The notes below the pieces were generated by a model. That model searched no databases, was not told the DNA's origin, and worked only from the letters and a program-made list of their open reading frames with translations. Shown here one piece after another: positions 29,481 to 42,457 of a DNA stretch of 64,000 nucleotides. Positions within the stretch are counted from its first letter, which is position 1, and each line of letters starts with the position of its first letter. The position numbers were made by a program, and so were the translations under genes. The DNA is from Eledone cirrhosa. Taxonomy: Eukaryota. The stretch is from positions 290,966,001 to 291,030,000 of the forward strand of contig OZ024741.1 in assembly GCA_964016885.1 (NCBI GenBank). Direction: 5' to 3'.

Positions 29481-29631
29481 GTTCCAGTCAAATAATGGCG
29501 GATCGAATGGATTATATTCATTTTTCTTGAGAGGGTCGTGGGAGCAGAGTTCTCAGACACGCCTTTGATAGGGTCCTATCAGAAATATCCCTTTTCAAAT
29601 GACTGCTGGATCACCAGTATGACAGTCAGAG

Positions 29632-29673
<42 letters not shown>

Positions 29674-30012
29674 GGATTATACCCTTTTCCGCAAAAACAC
29701 GCTGTCATATGCTTATATAAAAACGTGTTTATTTCGAGAGGCTTTTCGAAGATCTGTCATATATATCTTCCCTCTGTACACGGGTTTTTCAATTTTGTCT
29801 TCAACAATATGGCATTGAAAATAGCTATGAAATAAATGGTTCCAGAATATTTAAACGTTCATGCCCATTTCAAATTTCTCTCTACTTCTATAAAAAGAGT
29901 TAATAGGCAAATAAGGAGCATGGTTGTTAGACATGGTTGGTCGACCTAGTCGAAGCAATAGAAGACAACATGAGAAAAATATTTTGAGGAAAAAACACCC
30001 GTGTATTCACTC

Positions 30013-30128
30013 ATATGTATGTATTATATATGTATGTAATATATATGTATGTATTATATATGTATGTAATATATATGTATGTATTATATATGTATGTAAT
30101 ATATATGTATGTATTATATATGTATTAT
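30013..30128. repeat. 30-bp minisatellite, ~4 copies
   Basis: atatgtatgtattatatatgtatgtaatat. Confidence 0.9.
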
Positions 30129-30552
30129 TTTGAGAACCCGTATAGAGAGAAAGCAGAAATTCTTTGCTTAAACTTTCAGCTGTACTAATAATACATACAT
30201 ACATACATGGTGGCTGCCAACTCGTTTTCGAGTACGGCCACTACTTTATATCCATGTAGGAGAACCCCTACCGATGCGCTGAACGAGTGTGACTTTTAGT
30301 CCAGCCAGCGACTTGAAAACTCTGGTACAAACACTACACTTGTGACAATTATTGACACATAGTGCTTTACCTTTGGTACCATGTGACGACAAGTGCAGAG
30401 AGATCTCCAGATACAAAGCAATGCCTGTGCCGTGAAGCTTTTATAGTGAGCAAAGGCACTGCACAAAGCCAGTCCCACTCTCTTAACCAAGATGATATTT
30501 ACCAAAAAGAAGAACGAGTCAACATCATTGGATACCATCAGGGTTGCAGGTG

Positions 30553-30583
<31 letters not shown>

Positions 30584-32374
30584 CATACACGCACATATAT
30601 ATATACACACACACACCTCGAACTAGTGCTGGTTCCGTCTAACAAATTTCGCTCAATGCATTGGTCATCCCGAGGATGTAGTACCAGACATTTGCGCAAG
30701 CTGAAGTGCAGCGGTCGTGAACCCGAAATACTTAACCACACAGCCATAGTAGAGGGTATATATAAAAGAGTTGAGTCGTATCAGCAGGACTTTGCTTAAA
30801 AGATGCTTGAATATATTTGCATATAATTATCGACATTTTCTGACTGTTCGGCGTCATCCTATAAGATTGCAACATGCAGGAGGTTTCATGCATATTATGA
30901 TAAAAGCACTAGTTTGCTCACCCCTATCTACCTATCAGCGTGTTTTTATCTTTCTATTACTTTCATGTGTATACTCCTCGCCTTACCCACACGTATATAT
31001 AGATATATATATTATATATACACACATATCTATACCTATATAAATATACTCCTGTATATATATTATACACACACATTTTAAACTGAACTTTATCACTATT
31101 TACCTAGTTCGATTTATTTTTTATTGTTTGCTGTACTGTCTGTTTTCTATTTGAAAGCACACTGGTAGAGGTAGAGTGCTTTTGGCAATAGTCTTATTTT
31201 TTCAATTTGAAATGTGTTGACACCTTGTATCTCTGTACATGATCAAGCCTGGCTTATCTTCTCTTTGATGTGACGTCACGCACCACTAAAAGGTTTACTA
31301 GTACGGTCACTTGCCACTAGCAATTGAACGTGATTGCACGCATCGTTTGTCTTTCTCCTCACAGGAAGGCGAACTTTAACTGAAGAACCGGCCCGACGCC
31401 TAATTACGTAATGTGCACTATCATTACAAAATATTCTGCCCATGGCTGCTTCTTTCGGAATATTACCAGCAGATGGGGACCACAGAAACTGTTGCAACAG
31501 TCCGGGTACATTAACATTCTTACCCACACGAAGTCGTCTTCCGCACTGATTAACGAATGTCTGCATTCTGGCCAGTTGGTGCGAATTTTACTAATACGAA
31601 ATCAACTGGTCATTGAAGAAACGACCAAGGTTATGTCTGTTCTACTCGGCATGCTTCGTCTCATATATATACTAGAATTTGTTTTACATACGCTGACGCG
31701 TATGCGTATATGCGTGTCTGTATGTACATATATTTATATGTATGAGCATATAAACAAACAATCAAACACAGACACACTTGCAAAAATACTCACATACATT
31801 TACACAAACATACACACATAACGTAGTTTTTTTCACCATCCTTTCCTTCCTTTTACACACATACATTCACGCAGGAAGTAGACGTAAAGAGAGAGGAGGA
31901 GTATGAGGTGGTCAAACTACTCCCCTCTCTTTACGTGTTGCGATAGAATCGCAGAGAGAGAGGGGGGTATTATCTGGGTGTGCGCGGGATGATAGAGAGA
32001 GAGACGAAGAAAAGAGGGAACCGAGTAAGATTTACTTCTTATTACCAGGCAGAAATCGAACATGTCTGTTTTCTAGTTTTCTGTCTCAGGTATTCAAGTA
32101 TTCCGCTATTCAGGTGGTATTCAGATATATTTTGATTGTTCAAGTCACATTAACAAATTGGTGAGTGGGATTGGTAAATACATGTCACAAAACACTACAA
32201 CCTTTTTTCCCACTCTCGCTTTATCTCCCTCTTTCTCTCCCTCACTCACTCTAAGCTACTTCTAATATATATATGTATATACTCTATACGTGCGTGTATG
32301 TGAAGAAGTCTGTGTGCGCGCGCATTTAAACATATATGAATATAGATCTAGATACGTACATACACATATATTTG

Positions 32375-32712
32375 ACATCTGATCAGGTGGTGAAATAACT
32401 CTAAGTGTTTCGATCCCTATGACCACGGCTCCAGAGCTACTCGGGGGCACCGAACCATGTAGGCGATGAAACCCCTGGCCAACAGTACAGTCTGATGTTT
32501 TGACTCCGTCTAACTCAACGTGTCAGAACAGAAGGAAATTTGCTGGACCTGATGTTATTACTCCAAGTGAGATATCTCCATCCCTCTCAATGTCAGCGGT
32601 ACCATTCATTTGCACTTGTTTAGCCAAATGTACTGAATCACTTTTTCGGCTGCTTCTGAAAATGCCCTGGAAATGTGTTTCTTTTCCGTTGCTACCAGTC
32701 CAAGGTATTTGA
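32375..32712 (-). mobile_element. Possible Hero-type (RLE) non-LTR element 3' end
   Basis: Minus KYLGLVATEKKHISRAFSEAAEKVIQYIWLNK* resembles, from memory, the EAAE(K/R)xSxWLWLK C-terminus of Hero elements; a short 3' UTR follows. Confidence 0.5.
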
Positions 32713-32790
32713 TTTATAATCGGGGGTAACCACAGTAAATGAAGTACTCAATACATTAGTAGAGTATATACAACATTTAATATAGAAGTG

Positions 32791-32840
32791 GCTTCTACAG
32801 AACTAGAACGGTTTCATTCGAAAGAAATCATCAGGAAGTG
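32791..32840 (-). ncRNA. Minimal type I hammerhead ribozyme motif (Penelope-type)
   Basis: cttc-CTGATGA-tttctttcgaat-GAAA-ccg ttctagtt ctg-TA-gaag; T.T closes stem II. Confidence 0.6.
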
Positions 32841-32844
32841 TGTT

Positions 32845-32967
32845 GAGAGATAGAGAGAAAGAGAGAAAGAGAGAGAGAAAAACAGAGAGAGAGCAAGAGA
32901 GAGATAGAGAAAGAGAGAGAGAGAGAGAGAAAGAGAGAGATAGAGCAAGAGAGAGAAAGAGAGAGAT

Positions 32968-33005
<38 letters not shown>

Positions 33006-33175
33006 CGATAGAGATAGAGAGATAGAGATAGAGAGATATATAGAGAGAGAAAGAGAAAAATAGAGAGATATAGAGAGAGATAGAGAGAGAGATATATATA
33101 TAGAGAGAGATAGAGATGGAGAGAGATAGAGAAAGAGAGAGATAGAGAAAGAGATAGATAGAGAGAGATAGAGAG
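32845..33175. repeat. (GA)n/GATA compound repeat
   Basis: Direct reading. Confidence 0.93.
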
Positions 33176-33625
33176 GTCTGCAAGTGCGTGTGTTTTTATG
33201 TATGTATTCATGAAGAACGATATGGTTGGATTCAATTGATTTGATTTTGAATAGTTGTGAGTACGGTAGTATATTTGAGAGTTGTTAGTTAGGATTGAGT
33301 GTGCTGTTAGTGTCAAGATGTTAAATTATATATTCACAAGTCGAATAGACGTCAATTTAGAAAATATGTTAAGTATTCCTGACACCGGAGAGCAGCAACG
33401 AAAATAACTAAAGATAATGTATTTGTTTGTTTGTTTGATTGTTGCTGGTTGGTTTCTCTAAGTTCGTCTGTGAACACACACGCGCACACATACACAGATA
33501 CATACATACACAGGTACTCATATGCATAACAATGTGAGTGTGCCTGCACATATATATATATATATATATATATTATTCTTTTACCTGTTCCAGCCATACG
33601 GCTGAGGCCATGCTGGGGCACCGCC

Positions 33626-33665
<40 letters not shown>

Positions 33666-34084
33666 GAAATATATATATATAAATGAAAATATATATATAT
33701 ATATATTCAAAATTTCATATATGTAACATCTATGCATGACCTTATATTTCGGGATCCAGTTAAGGCCATCACTGTATAGTGGAGAATCGGCTTCAACACT
33801 GGCATCTCCCTTGACCTACGGATATTCTGTATGTGTATATATATATATATATACAGCATGACAGTGTATGACAACACAAGGTCATTGAATTACAGGTGCA
33901 CTCAACCAAACGCGCTTCTGTAGTTTCCGCCTATCCAATTTTACCCACACGTCTTTGGTTGGCCTGAGGTTATGATAAACAACATAAGACCAAGATGCCA
34001 CGCAGTGGGTTTGAACCTGGAAATCGTTATTGCAAGGTGTAATTCTGAACACGTATGCCCAATCTGCATGTATGAAGCGTTATA

Positions 34085-34392
34085 TATGGCTCTCCGTCGG
34101 TTACGATAACGAGTGCTACAGGTAATCCGATCAACGGACACAGCCTGCTCATGAAATTAACGTGCTAGTGGCTGATCATTCGACTATCGTCGTTCTCGGG
34201 GAGATTCAGCATGATAAAGAATGTGACAAGGCTGATCCTTCGAATTATAGGTATAACTCAGTTTTGCCAGCTGTGTAGACTAGAACAACGTGAAATAAAG
34301 TGTCTTACTCAAGGATACAACGCAGCGCCGGGAATCGAACTCACGAAATTACGATTGTGAGCCGCATACCCTAACCCCAAAGCCACGCACCT
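34085..34392 (-). mobile_element. Second tRNA-derived SINE family (CORE-like)
   Basis: Minus strand reads gtggct...gttagggt...gagttcgattcccggc followed by tccttgagtaagacactt. A decayed plus-strand relative lies at ~63315-63440. Confidence 0.7.
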
Positions 34393-35258
34393 ACACTGAG
34401 GCGTTATTATTATTAGAAAGCCAAGATCGACACAGCATAGCCGAATGGTTAACAATGTTGTTTCACAATGATGAAGTTCTGGTCTAGGTCCCATTGGATG
34501 ACATCTTGAGCAAGTGTCTTTTACCAGAGTTTTAGGTCACCAACAAGCTTTGGAACAGAAATTGGTTTGACCAAAATTGTGTTGAAGTCTGTCAGATTCC
34601 TTGTACCACTCGGAATCTCTGAGAATTAACTTAAGGATATACGTGTGTGTGGAATACTCAGCCTTTTTTTTTTTTAAAGCTAGAATGTTTTCCGTACGGT
34701 GACGTGTATGTGTATGTGTTTATATGTATGTACATATGCATACATTTATATGTAGGAGTATATAAATATAACCGTGCAACCACATCAACTTAAAATAGCA
34801 CTCACAGATATACATTTACACAAACACACGCATACATTTACACAAACACACGCATACATTTACACAAACACACGCATACATTTACACAAACACACTGCGC
34901 AGTTTTTTCACTATCCCACTTCCTTTTACACACACATACATTCACTCAGGTGTAAAGAGAGAGGAATAGTTTGACTACCTGATACTACTCCTTTCTCTTT
35001 ATGTATTGTGACAGAATCACAGAAATTTATATTTAGATAGATTGATTCAATTAATTTACTGTTCTGTCGACCAAACAACTGAAATATTTGTTGCCGAAAA
35101 AGACGGAGATACCAAAAATAAATAAATATAATAAAATTTAAAGAAAAGAGTAGTAAATAGAGAGGAGGCGACTATACATTTAGATTAGCAACAGACATTT
35201 ACTTCGTAGTTTATAACTCAATATTCATCAGAAACCCCACAAGAGAAGATATCGATAT

Positions 35259-37079
35259 TGTAGTAGTAGTAGTAGTGGTGGTTGTAGTGGTAGTAGTGGT
35301 GGTTGTAGTGGTAGTAGTGGTGGTTGTAGTGGTAGTAGTGGTGGTTGTAGTGGTAGTAGTGGTGGTTGTAGTGGTAGTAGTGGTGGTTGTAGTGGTGGTA
35401 GTGGTAGTAGTGGTGGTGGTAGTGGTAGTAGTGGTGGTGGTGGTAGTAGTGGTGGTAGTAGCGGTGGTGGTGATAGTTGTAGTAGCGGTGGTGGTGATAG
35501 TTGTAGTAGCGGTGGTGGTGGTGATAGTTGTAGTAGCGGTGGTGGTGGTGATAGTTGTAGTAGTGGTGGTGGTGGTGATAGTTGTAGTAGTGGTGGTGGT
35601 GGTGATAGTTGTAGTAGTGGTGGTGGTGGTGATAGTTGTAGTAGTGGTGGTGGTGGTGATAGTTGTAGTAGTGGTGGCGGTGGTAGTTGTAGTAGTGGTG
35701 GCGGTGGTAGTTGTAGTAGTGGTGGCGGTGGTAGTTGTAGTAGTGGTGGCGGTGGTAGTTGTAGTAGTGGCGGTGGTAGTTGTAGTAGTGGCGGTGGTAG
35801 TTGTAGTAGTAGTGGCGGTGGTAGTTGTAGTAGTAGTGGCGGTGGTAGTTGTAGTAGTGGTGGCGGTGGTAGTTGTAGTAGTGGTGGTGGTGGTAGTTGT
35901 AGTAGTGGTGGTGGTGGTAGTTGTAGTAGTGGTGGTGGTGGTAGTTGTAGTAGTGGTGGTGGTGGTAGTTGTAGTAGTGGTGGTGGTGGTAGTTGTAGTA
36001 GTGGTGGTGGTGGTAGTTGTAGTAGTGGTGGTGGTGGTAGTTGTAGTAGTGGTGGTGGTGGTAGTTGTAGTAGTGGTGGTGGTGGTAGTTGTAGTAGTGG
36101 TGGTGGTAGTTGTAGTAGTGGTGGTGGTAGTTGTAGTAGTGGTGGTGGTAGTTGTAGTAGTGGTGGTGGTAGTTGTAGTAGTGGTGGTGGTAGTTGTAGT
36201 AGTGGTGGTGGTAGTTGTAGTAGTGGTGGTGGTAGTTATAGTAGTGGTGGTGGTAGTTATAGTAGTGGTGGTGGTAGTTATAGTAGTGGTGGTGGTAGTT
36301 ATAGTAGTGGTGGTGGTAGTTATAGTAGTGGTGGTGGTAGTTGTAGTAGTGGTGGTGGTAGTTGTAGTAGTGGTGGCGGTAGTTGTAGTAGTGGTGGTGG
36401 TAGTTGTAGTAGTGGTGGTGGTAGTTGTAGTAGTGGTGGTGGTAGTTGTAGTAGTGGTGGTGGTAGTTGTAGTAGTGGTGGTGGTAGTTGTAGTAGTGGT
36501 GGTGGTAGTTGTAGTAGTGGTGGTGGTAGTTGTAGTAGTGGTGGCGGTAGTTGTAGTAGTGGTGGCGGTAGTTGTAGTAGTGGTGGCGGTAGTTGTAGTA
36601 GTGGTGGCGGTAGTTGTAGTAGTGGTGGCGGTAGTTGTAGTAGTGGTGGCGGTAGTTGTAGTAGTGGTGGCGGTAGTTGTAGTAGTGGTGGCGGTAGTTG
36701 TAGTAGTGGTGGCGGTAGTTGTAGTAGTGGTGGCGGTAGTTGTAGTAGTGGTGGCGGTAGTTGTAGTAGTGGTGGCGGTAGTTGTAGTAGTGGTGGCGGT
36801 AGTTGTAGTAGTGGTGGCGGTAGTTGTAGTAGTGGTGGCGGTAGTTGTAGTAGTGGTGGCGGTAGTTGTAGTAGCCGTGGTAGTTGTAGTAGTGGTGTTG
36901 GCGGTGGTAGTGGTGGTGGTGGCGGTGGTAGTTGTAGTAGTGGTGGTGGCAGTGGTAGTTGTGGTGGTGGCGGTGGTTGTAGTGGTGGTGGCTGTGGTAG
37001 TTGTAGTAGTAGTAGTGGTGATGGTTGTAGAAGTAGTGGTAGTCTCATCAATATTTGTAGTGGTAGCAGCAGTTGCAGC

Positions 37080-37115
<36 letters not shown>
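35259..37115. repeat. 1.85-kb GTN trinucleotide minisatellite with 18-24-bp higher-order units
   Basis: GTAGTTGTAGTAGTGGTG(GTG/GCG) blocks; yields the poly-Val ORF. Confidence 0.97.
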
Positions 37116-37116
<1 letters not shown>

Positions 37117-37272
37117 TCTTGCTGGGTAGAAGTGGAAGTGAGTAAGCATATGGTGAACGGAAATGATTAAGTTATGGAAGAAAAGTAATTAAATGGTTAT
37201 ATGAATGCTTAATAAAACAAATCTATTGTCATGACACACCTGTTGTGTGCATATATATATATACATATATAC

Positions 37273-37321
<49 letters not shown>

Positions 37322-37479
37322 TAGTGAGATTGTGAAAGCGTGATGTTTTTGTTTACAAATGCGAATTATGTGTGTGAGTGATTGTGTGTGCGTGCGTGCG
37401 TGTATTTATGTAACGTGAAGGTCTGTGAGGAAACGGACGGGTATAAGGATTAGTCCAGAACCTGGACGATAAAACACAT

Positions 37480-38215
37480 TATGGGTTGACAAGAGGAGGT
37501 TGCGTGAAGTTAGTGTCAGGCCAGTAAGAGTGTAGGTGGTATACAAACGGCTCATTCAGAAGTACAATGGCATTTGTGGTAGCGACAAAGTTTGGCAGTG
37601 TGATGAAATAGTGCCCTCAGGGTGCTAGAAATTAGAGTTTATTGTTGAGTGAGTGTTTACCAATCAATCTGATGGCTTTCTTTCGGATAATGTCTACAAT
37701 ATGTTTTCATAAAAGCAACAACAGCACCAACTCAATTGTGTCAATGCAATATTCTATCGTAGAAGTTATACATCAAGTGTTTTCTTGAGCAAAGGATCAA
37801 AGCTTGAATGTTTTCTGATTTATAGATCGAATTTTAGCTATGCTATGGTGGATCTGGGTTTGCCAAGATACATTATATATATTATATATTTGTGGAACTA
37901 GCATTTATAATTACTTGGGGAGTTTTCATTATGTGTTATCTCTGATTAGATAGGTTTAGGTATAATAAATATTTCTGAATACATGCCTTAATTGTATCTT
38001 TGTCCTCTTGAAGGAGACAAAACCTTAATGTCATGATTGGGCTGTTTTTAATATCTTTGTTGTTGCTAGCTGTGGGAAGTGATGTGTCAAGGTTATATAT
38101 TAGTAATGTCTGTGTGTAGATGGCTAGAGTACTGAAGAGTAGTATCATTTGCATAGGAACAAGTGGTTACAGGTGAAAGAATGTAAGTTGTTGATGTAGA
38201 GAAGCATTAATACTG
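37480..38215 (-). mobile_element. Heavily decayed LINE (CR1/Jockey-like) RT C-terminal half
   Basis: Minus LLYINNL...YANDTTL (YADD relic), and downstream CRYHKCHCTSE*AVCIPP. Confidence 0.65.
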
Positions 38216-40031
38216 ACATAATATAGTGTGACGATATAGCCCAGACCGATTAAGGAGTGATATGCCAAACAGTTCACTTCCCAAGCAAAATATGAAAGCC
38301 TAATAAAGCCCGTCGACGATCGAGCAGCTTAGCCAGGGCAATATACCAATATTGTTTGACATAACAGATTAGTGCTCCAATCTATCTCGTAGTATGTGAG
38401 TTGTACGTGTATTCAGTGAAGAACGAGAGGGTTGTAAACGGTTTAAGAAAAGGATATATATTCACACTAAGAGTAAGACGAGACATGCACACGATGTTTA
38501 CGTAAGCTACTAGCAGAATGCGATTGATGCAGTTCATGCTTAAAGAGATCATTATCTGCACACCAATATCAGAAACAAAAATGAAGTTAGATCTGAGATT
38601 GCTTGCACCAATGTACACTCTGCTCTAATACTTCATATTTCGGGTTCGAAGATAACCCGGTCGTTTAGCCATTGATGGATAAGTTTTACCTGAAAACTAC
38701 CTTAGTACATATTTCTTGACAACTTGATAAGCTATGGTCTATAAGATTAAGGTCACTAACTTGAATCAGTACAAAACAAGTGTCAATAAATAAGCATCTA
38801 CGTGATCGTTAGATCTACAAGAAATATAAACCAAATAATCCTCAAAATACACCTAACCATTTTAGAAAGGGACATATTAGATGATGTAGTCTTTGGTTCA
38901 CTGCACACAGGAAAATGGCAGGATAGTCACAGCAGAATACTTTTGATTAAAGGTCTGCTCAACTAAGGCTAAACTCGCACTGAACAGCAATGTCAACAGC
39001 AACAATGACAACAATCAGACTAAACTGGCCATTGAAAATTGTGTAGAATCGGTCATCTTTCTTTTCCACAATCGCAATATGGTTTCTACTATCACCGCAA
39101 AAATAGACAAATGGTGTTATTACATACTGTAACATATCTTATCAAGCCTCGGAAAGACAAAGAAAATATTTGAACATAAAATATAAAAGGATGCATCTAA
39201 ACATTACAAGTCGATAACACTGTCGATTCTGTTATGAAGGAACACACACACTCGTGTGTGTACGGAAGATCAGCTTTATTTCTTCGTTAAACACTGTATT
39301 CGTTCGATAACCCTCTATCAACCCCGCCTCAGCCCTTCTTTAATGTGTCCACCTCACGCTTTCTTTCTTTCATTAGCACCTCCGACGGCAACATAATCAC
39401 AACTTCCAGCATCCCCCATTCTCGTGTGTCCATTGCTCCACCGCCATCTGTTAGAGAAATCAATAATTTCTCAGAAACACCTTCACACACACACACACAC
39501 ATATACACACGCACTCATACACATTATTCCACAGGCAACCTCTCCCTAACACTTCCGCATATCCTGTCGTCGAATCAATCCTCTCTTCCTTCAAAGAATT
39601 GTCATAATTGTTTCCCGTCATAGGCGTGAAGCCTGAGATTATTAATATTATTATTAGCGTGTGAGAAGTTTAGATGAGAAGTTATGACAGTCAAGACGTT
39701 GCCGAGGTTTACATGTGACACGATGGGAGTAAAATTATTCACTACAATCTAACAAAGGTGTCACTTCACTCCTCTTTCCTTACCCCATCATATTAACGAA
39801 CAAACTAAGGTACTCGTGAATACAAAGACGGTTTTCTGATACTTAAAACACAAATAATGACTGCCTCTTGCTAGATATAGCCAATTACAAGAAGGTGAAA
39901 GAGTGGAAGAAGACAAAAAGAATCACCTCTAAAATTTAACAGGTACTTTATTTCTCGATCCTTAAAGGTTGAAAATGTTATTTGAATATTGAACGTGGTG
40001 CATTCTATCCGACATTATAATGATTGTCAAA

Positions 40032-40219
40032 GGGCGGTGGATTGGCAGTATCGGTAGAGGGTCGGGAGGCATGCTTTTAAGCATAGAGTTACCTCCCTTT
40101 ATGATCTGAGTTCAAATCCCGCCGAGGTTAACTTTGCCTTTCATCCTTACCGGGTCGATAAAATAAAATACCAGTAATGCACTGGGATAATTGCTGGCTT
40201 GGTGCCAAAAATAGAAACA
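40032..40219 (+). mobile_element. SINE family A
   Basis: Full copy; TSD attataatgattgt at 40014-40027 and 40220-40233. Confidence 0.92.
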
Positions 40220-40868
40220 ATTATAATGATTGTGATAATTAATCACCTTTGACTTGAACCTTACATTTGACGAATATAATGGATAACCCATTTGTGGTAA
40301 CTATGCCAGACAAGACCAGAAAAAAGAAGGAATGCTCACAGCTAGGAAACCTGGCAGGCGGTAATGGTTAGGTAAAGAAACACATAGTACGACATCTATT
40401 TGTAAGATGGATTAACTATAGGCCAAAGGCTTAAGAACTAATCCCTATCGAATATCTATTTGAAATCTCAAGACATGTATAAAACAAATCTAAAGAGCAA
40501 ATTCAGTCCAATCTTTCTACACGGCACCCTTGTGAAGTGCCCTCTATTGCAGCTTAAAGCTTTGAGAAGAAAACTGTGTAGAGGCCTATCAGTTGGACTG
40601 TTGCTATAATTTTGTGAAAGATATAATCTACCATACCGTTTATCTTCAGCAGAGAACACTGCAAAAATTCGATATAGGTCTCCGATTTGATGTTAACTCC
40701 CTCTCTTCTCCCACTATCTACAGTGACGCTGAAACGAGGACTAAGTATATGGTACTTTGTCCAGCTCTACACCAACTGCATCACTGATAATGACCTCCTA
40801 CAACTACTGTGAATAATATCAAGTACATATAATAAACAGATGAAGTTCTTCCCACACACGCACATAAT

Positions 40869-40911
<43 letters not shown>

Positions 40912-41618
40912 CATGATTATGTGAGAGCGTATGTGTGTGACACCCAACATCAACAAGGCATCGCTACTTTAAATATGGAGTTTATGGTATTTAGGTCTGT
41001 TATTTCACTTGGTTTTCCATCATTCTCCTTATTCTCGCTATCTTTCGCTTTTTCTCTTTCTTTCTTTGTATGTGTATCCATCTCTCTCCCACCCACATCT
41101 CTAAGATATTCTCTATATTTTACCTATGTTGTCGTTCATTAATTCATTCAGCCCCCCCCCCCCACACACTATCTTTCTCTTGTCTGTGTATCAATTTATC
41201 TAGCTATTTCTTTCACTTCGTTGACAATTTACCCTTTCTTTTCAATTGTCCGCATTTTTCTAGTTAATTTCAGTTTTTCCTATATTTTTTATTTCATTCT
41301 TTCTTCCTCTCTGGTGTATTTATTTCCAGTGTCCTTTTTCTGTTGTCTTACCTTTTTCTATTTCCCTCTCTATCTTTACGCCGAGTTTATTTCCTTAACT
41401 TTCGTTTCGCTTTACATTATATATCTCCCATTTCTTCTTGTTTCATTATCGACTCGACAAAACATCTTTCATTCATTTCAATTTTTATACATTTATTTCT
41501 TCGTAGTCTTTCTTTCACCTTTTCGTGTTTCACTTCCTTGTTCTAAATGTTTTGTTCGTTTGCATTCGATTTCTTCTTCTCTAGTGTTTAAATACACTCT
41601 CTCTGTATATATATATAT

Positions 41619-42010
41619 ACTAGCAGATTTACCCGGCGTTGCTCGGGGTTTGAAATTATTGCTAAGAATATTCAGCTAGGAAGTAAAAGAAAATTATTTG
41701 TCCCCAACCTGTCAAAATAAGCAGTCTCTTTATAAGGATTGTCAATAAAATCGGTTATCTCCCTTTTTTTATAAGGATTGTCAATAAAGTTGGTTATCTC
41801 CCTTACATCAATTTTGTTACCGATAATTTTGATATCGATTTTTTATTGCTCAACGTGGGTCGATTGGAAAAATGTTTGTGATGTGACTATCTTAGCGACC
41901 TGTGCAACGTGCACAGAAAATTTGGTCAATTCGGTTGGTAATTGTAAAAGCCTTAGGTATCCAAATTTGTACACAGACACACACACATCCTGGCTTTTAT
42001 ATATATAATG
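41619..42010 (+). mobile_element. Helentron/Helitron-type non-autonomous element
   Basis: Starts actagcagatttacccggcgttgctcggg (short hairpin) and ends (ca)n...cttttatatatat, in a TA context. Internal ~40-bp duplication at 41728-41803. Confidence 0.6.
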
Positions 42011-42457
42011 ATATAACCATGTCCATTAGGAGCTGAGGATCCGCTAAGGTGAAACAATTGTTCTCGGTATGGTGAACTAACTTGTGTAACCACTTCTATA
42101 TATATATATATATATATATATATTCCCTTGTTTTAACTGTTGCATCTATTCCACTCCGTGCTTTTGATTTTAATTTAATTTGAATGTTTGTACAATTATT
42201 GTACAATTCTCTTAAATATATGCCACATCCATTCCACCCTATAAATACAAAACTGTTGCTCACAACATCAATTTATATGTATCTATATTATTGTTGAATA
42301 GGAGGTTAATTATATGGGCAAACATTGATAATTCTCCGATGAAACCAAACGAGAGTTTGGAAGAAACGATTGTCAGCTATTAAATGATTTGAACACATCT
42401 TTGATAATTGTATAATTTATTTATTTTCCTGCTCTGTAAAACAACTGAATTCATACA

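Noticed and set aside
29071-29496. CRISPR-like repeat-spacer pattern (also 63685-63822)
   Set aside because: Eukaryotic context; the repeats are TSDs around SINEs or TA-linked duplications; no cas genes.
31276-32170. ORFs, a plus acceptor at 31365 and a donor at 32160 as an antisense gene
   Set aside because: All three frames stop soon after the acceptor; splice-like motifs alone are insufficient.
35275-37170. 631-aa poly-Val and 243-aa LQLPPPL ORFs
   Set aside because: Translations of a trinucleotide minisatellite with no unique domain.
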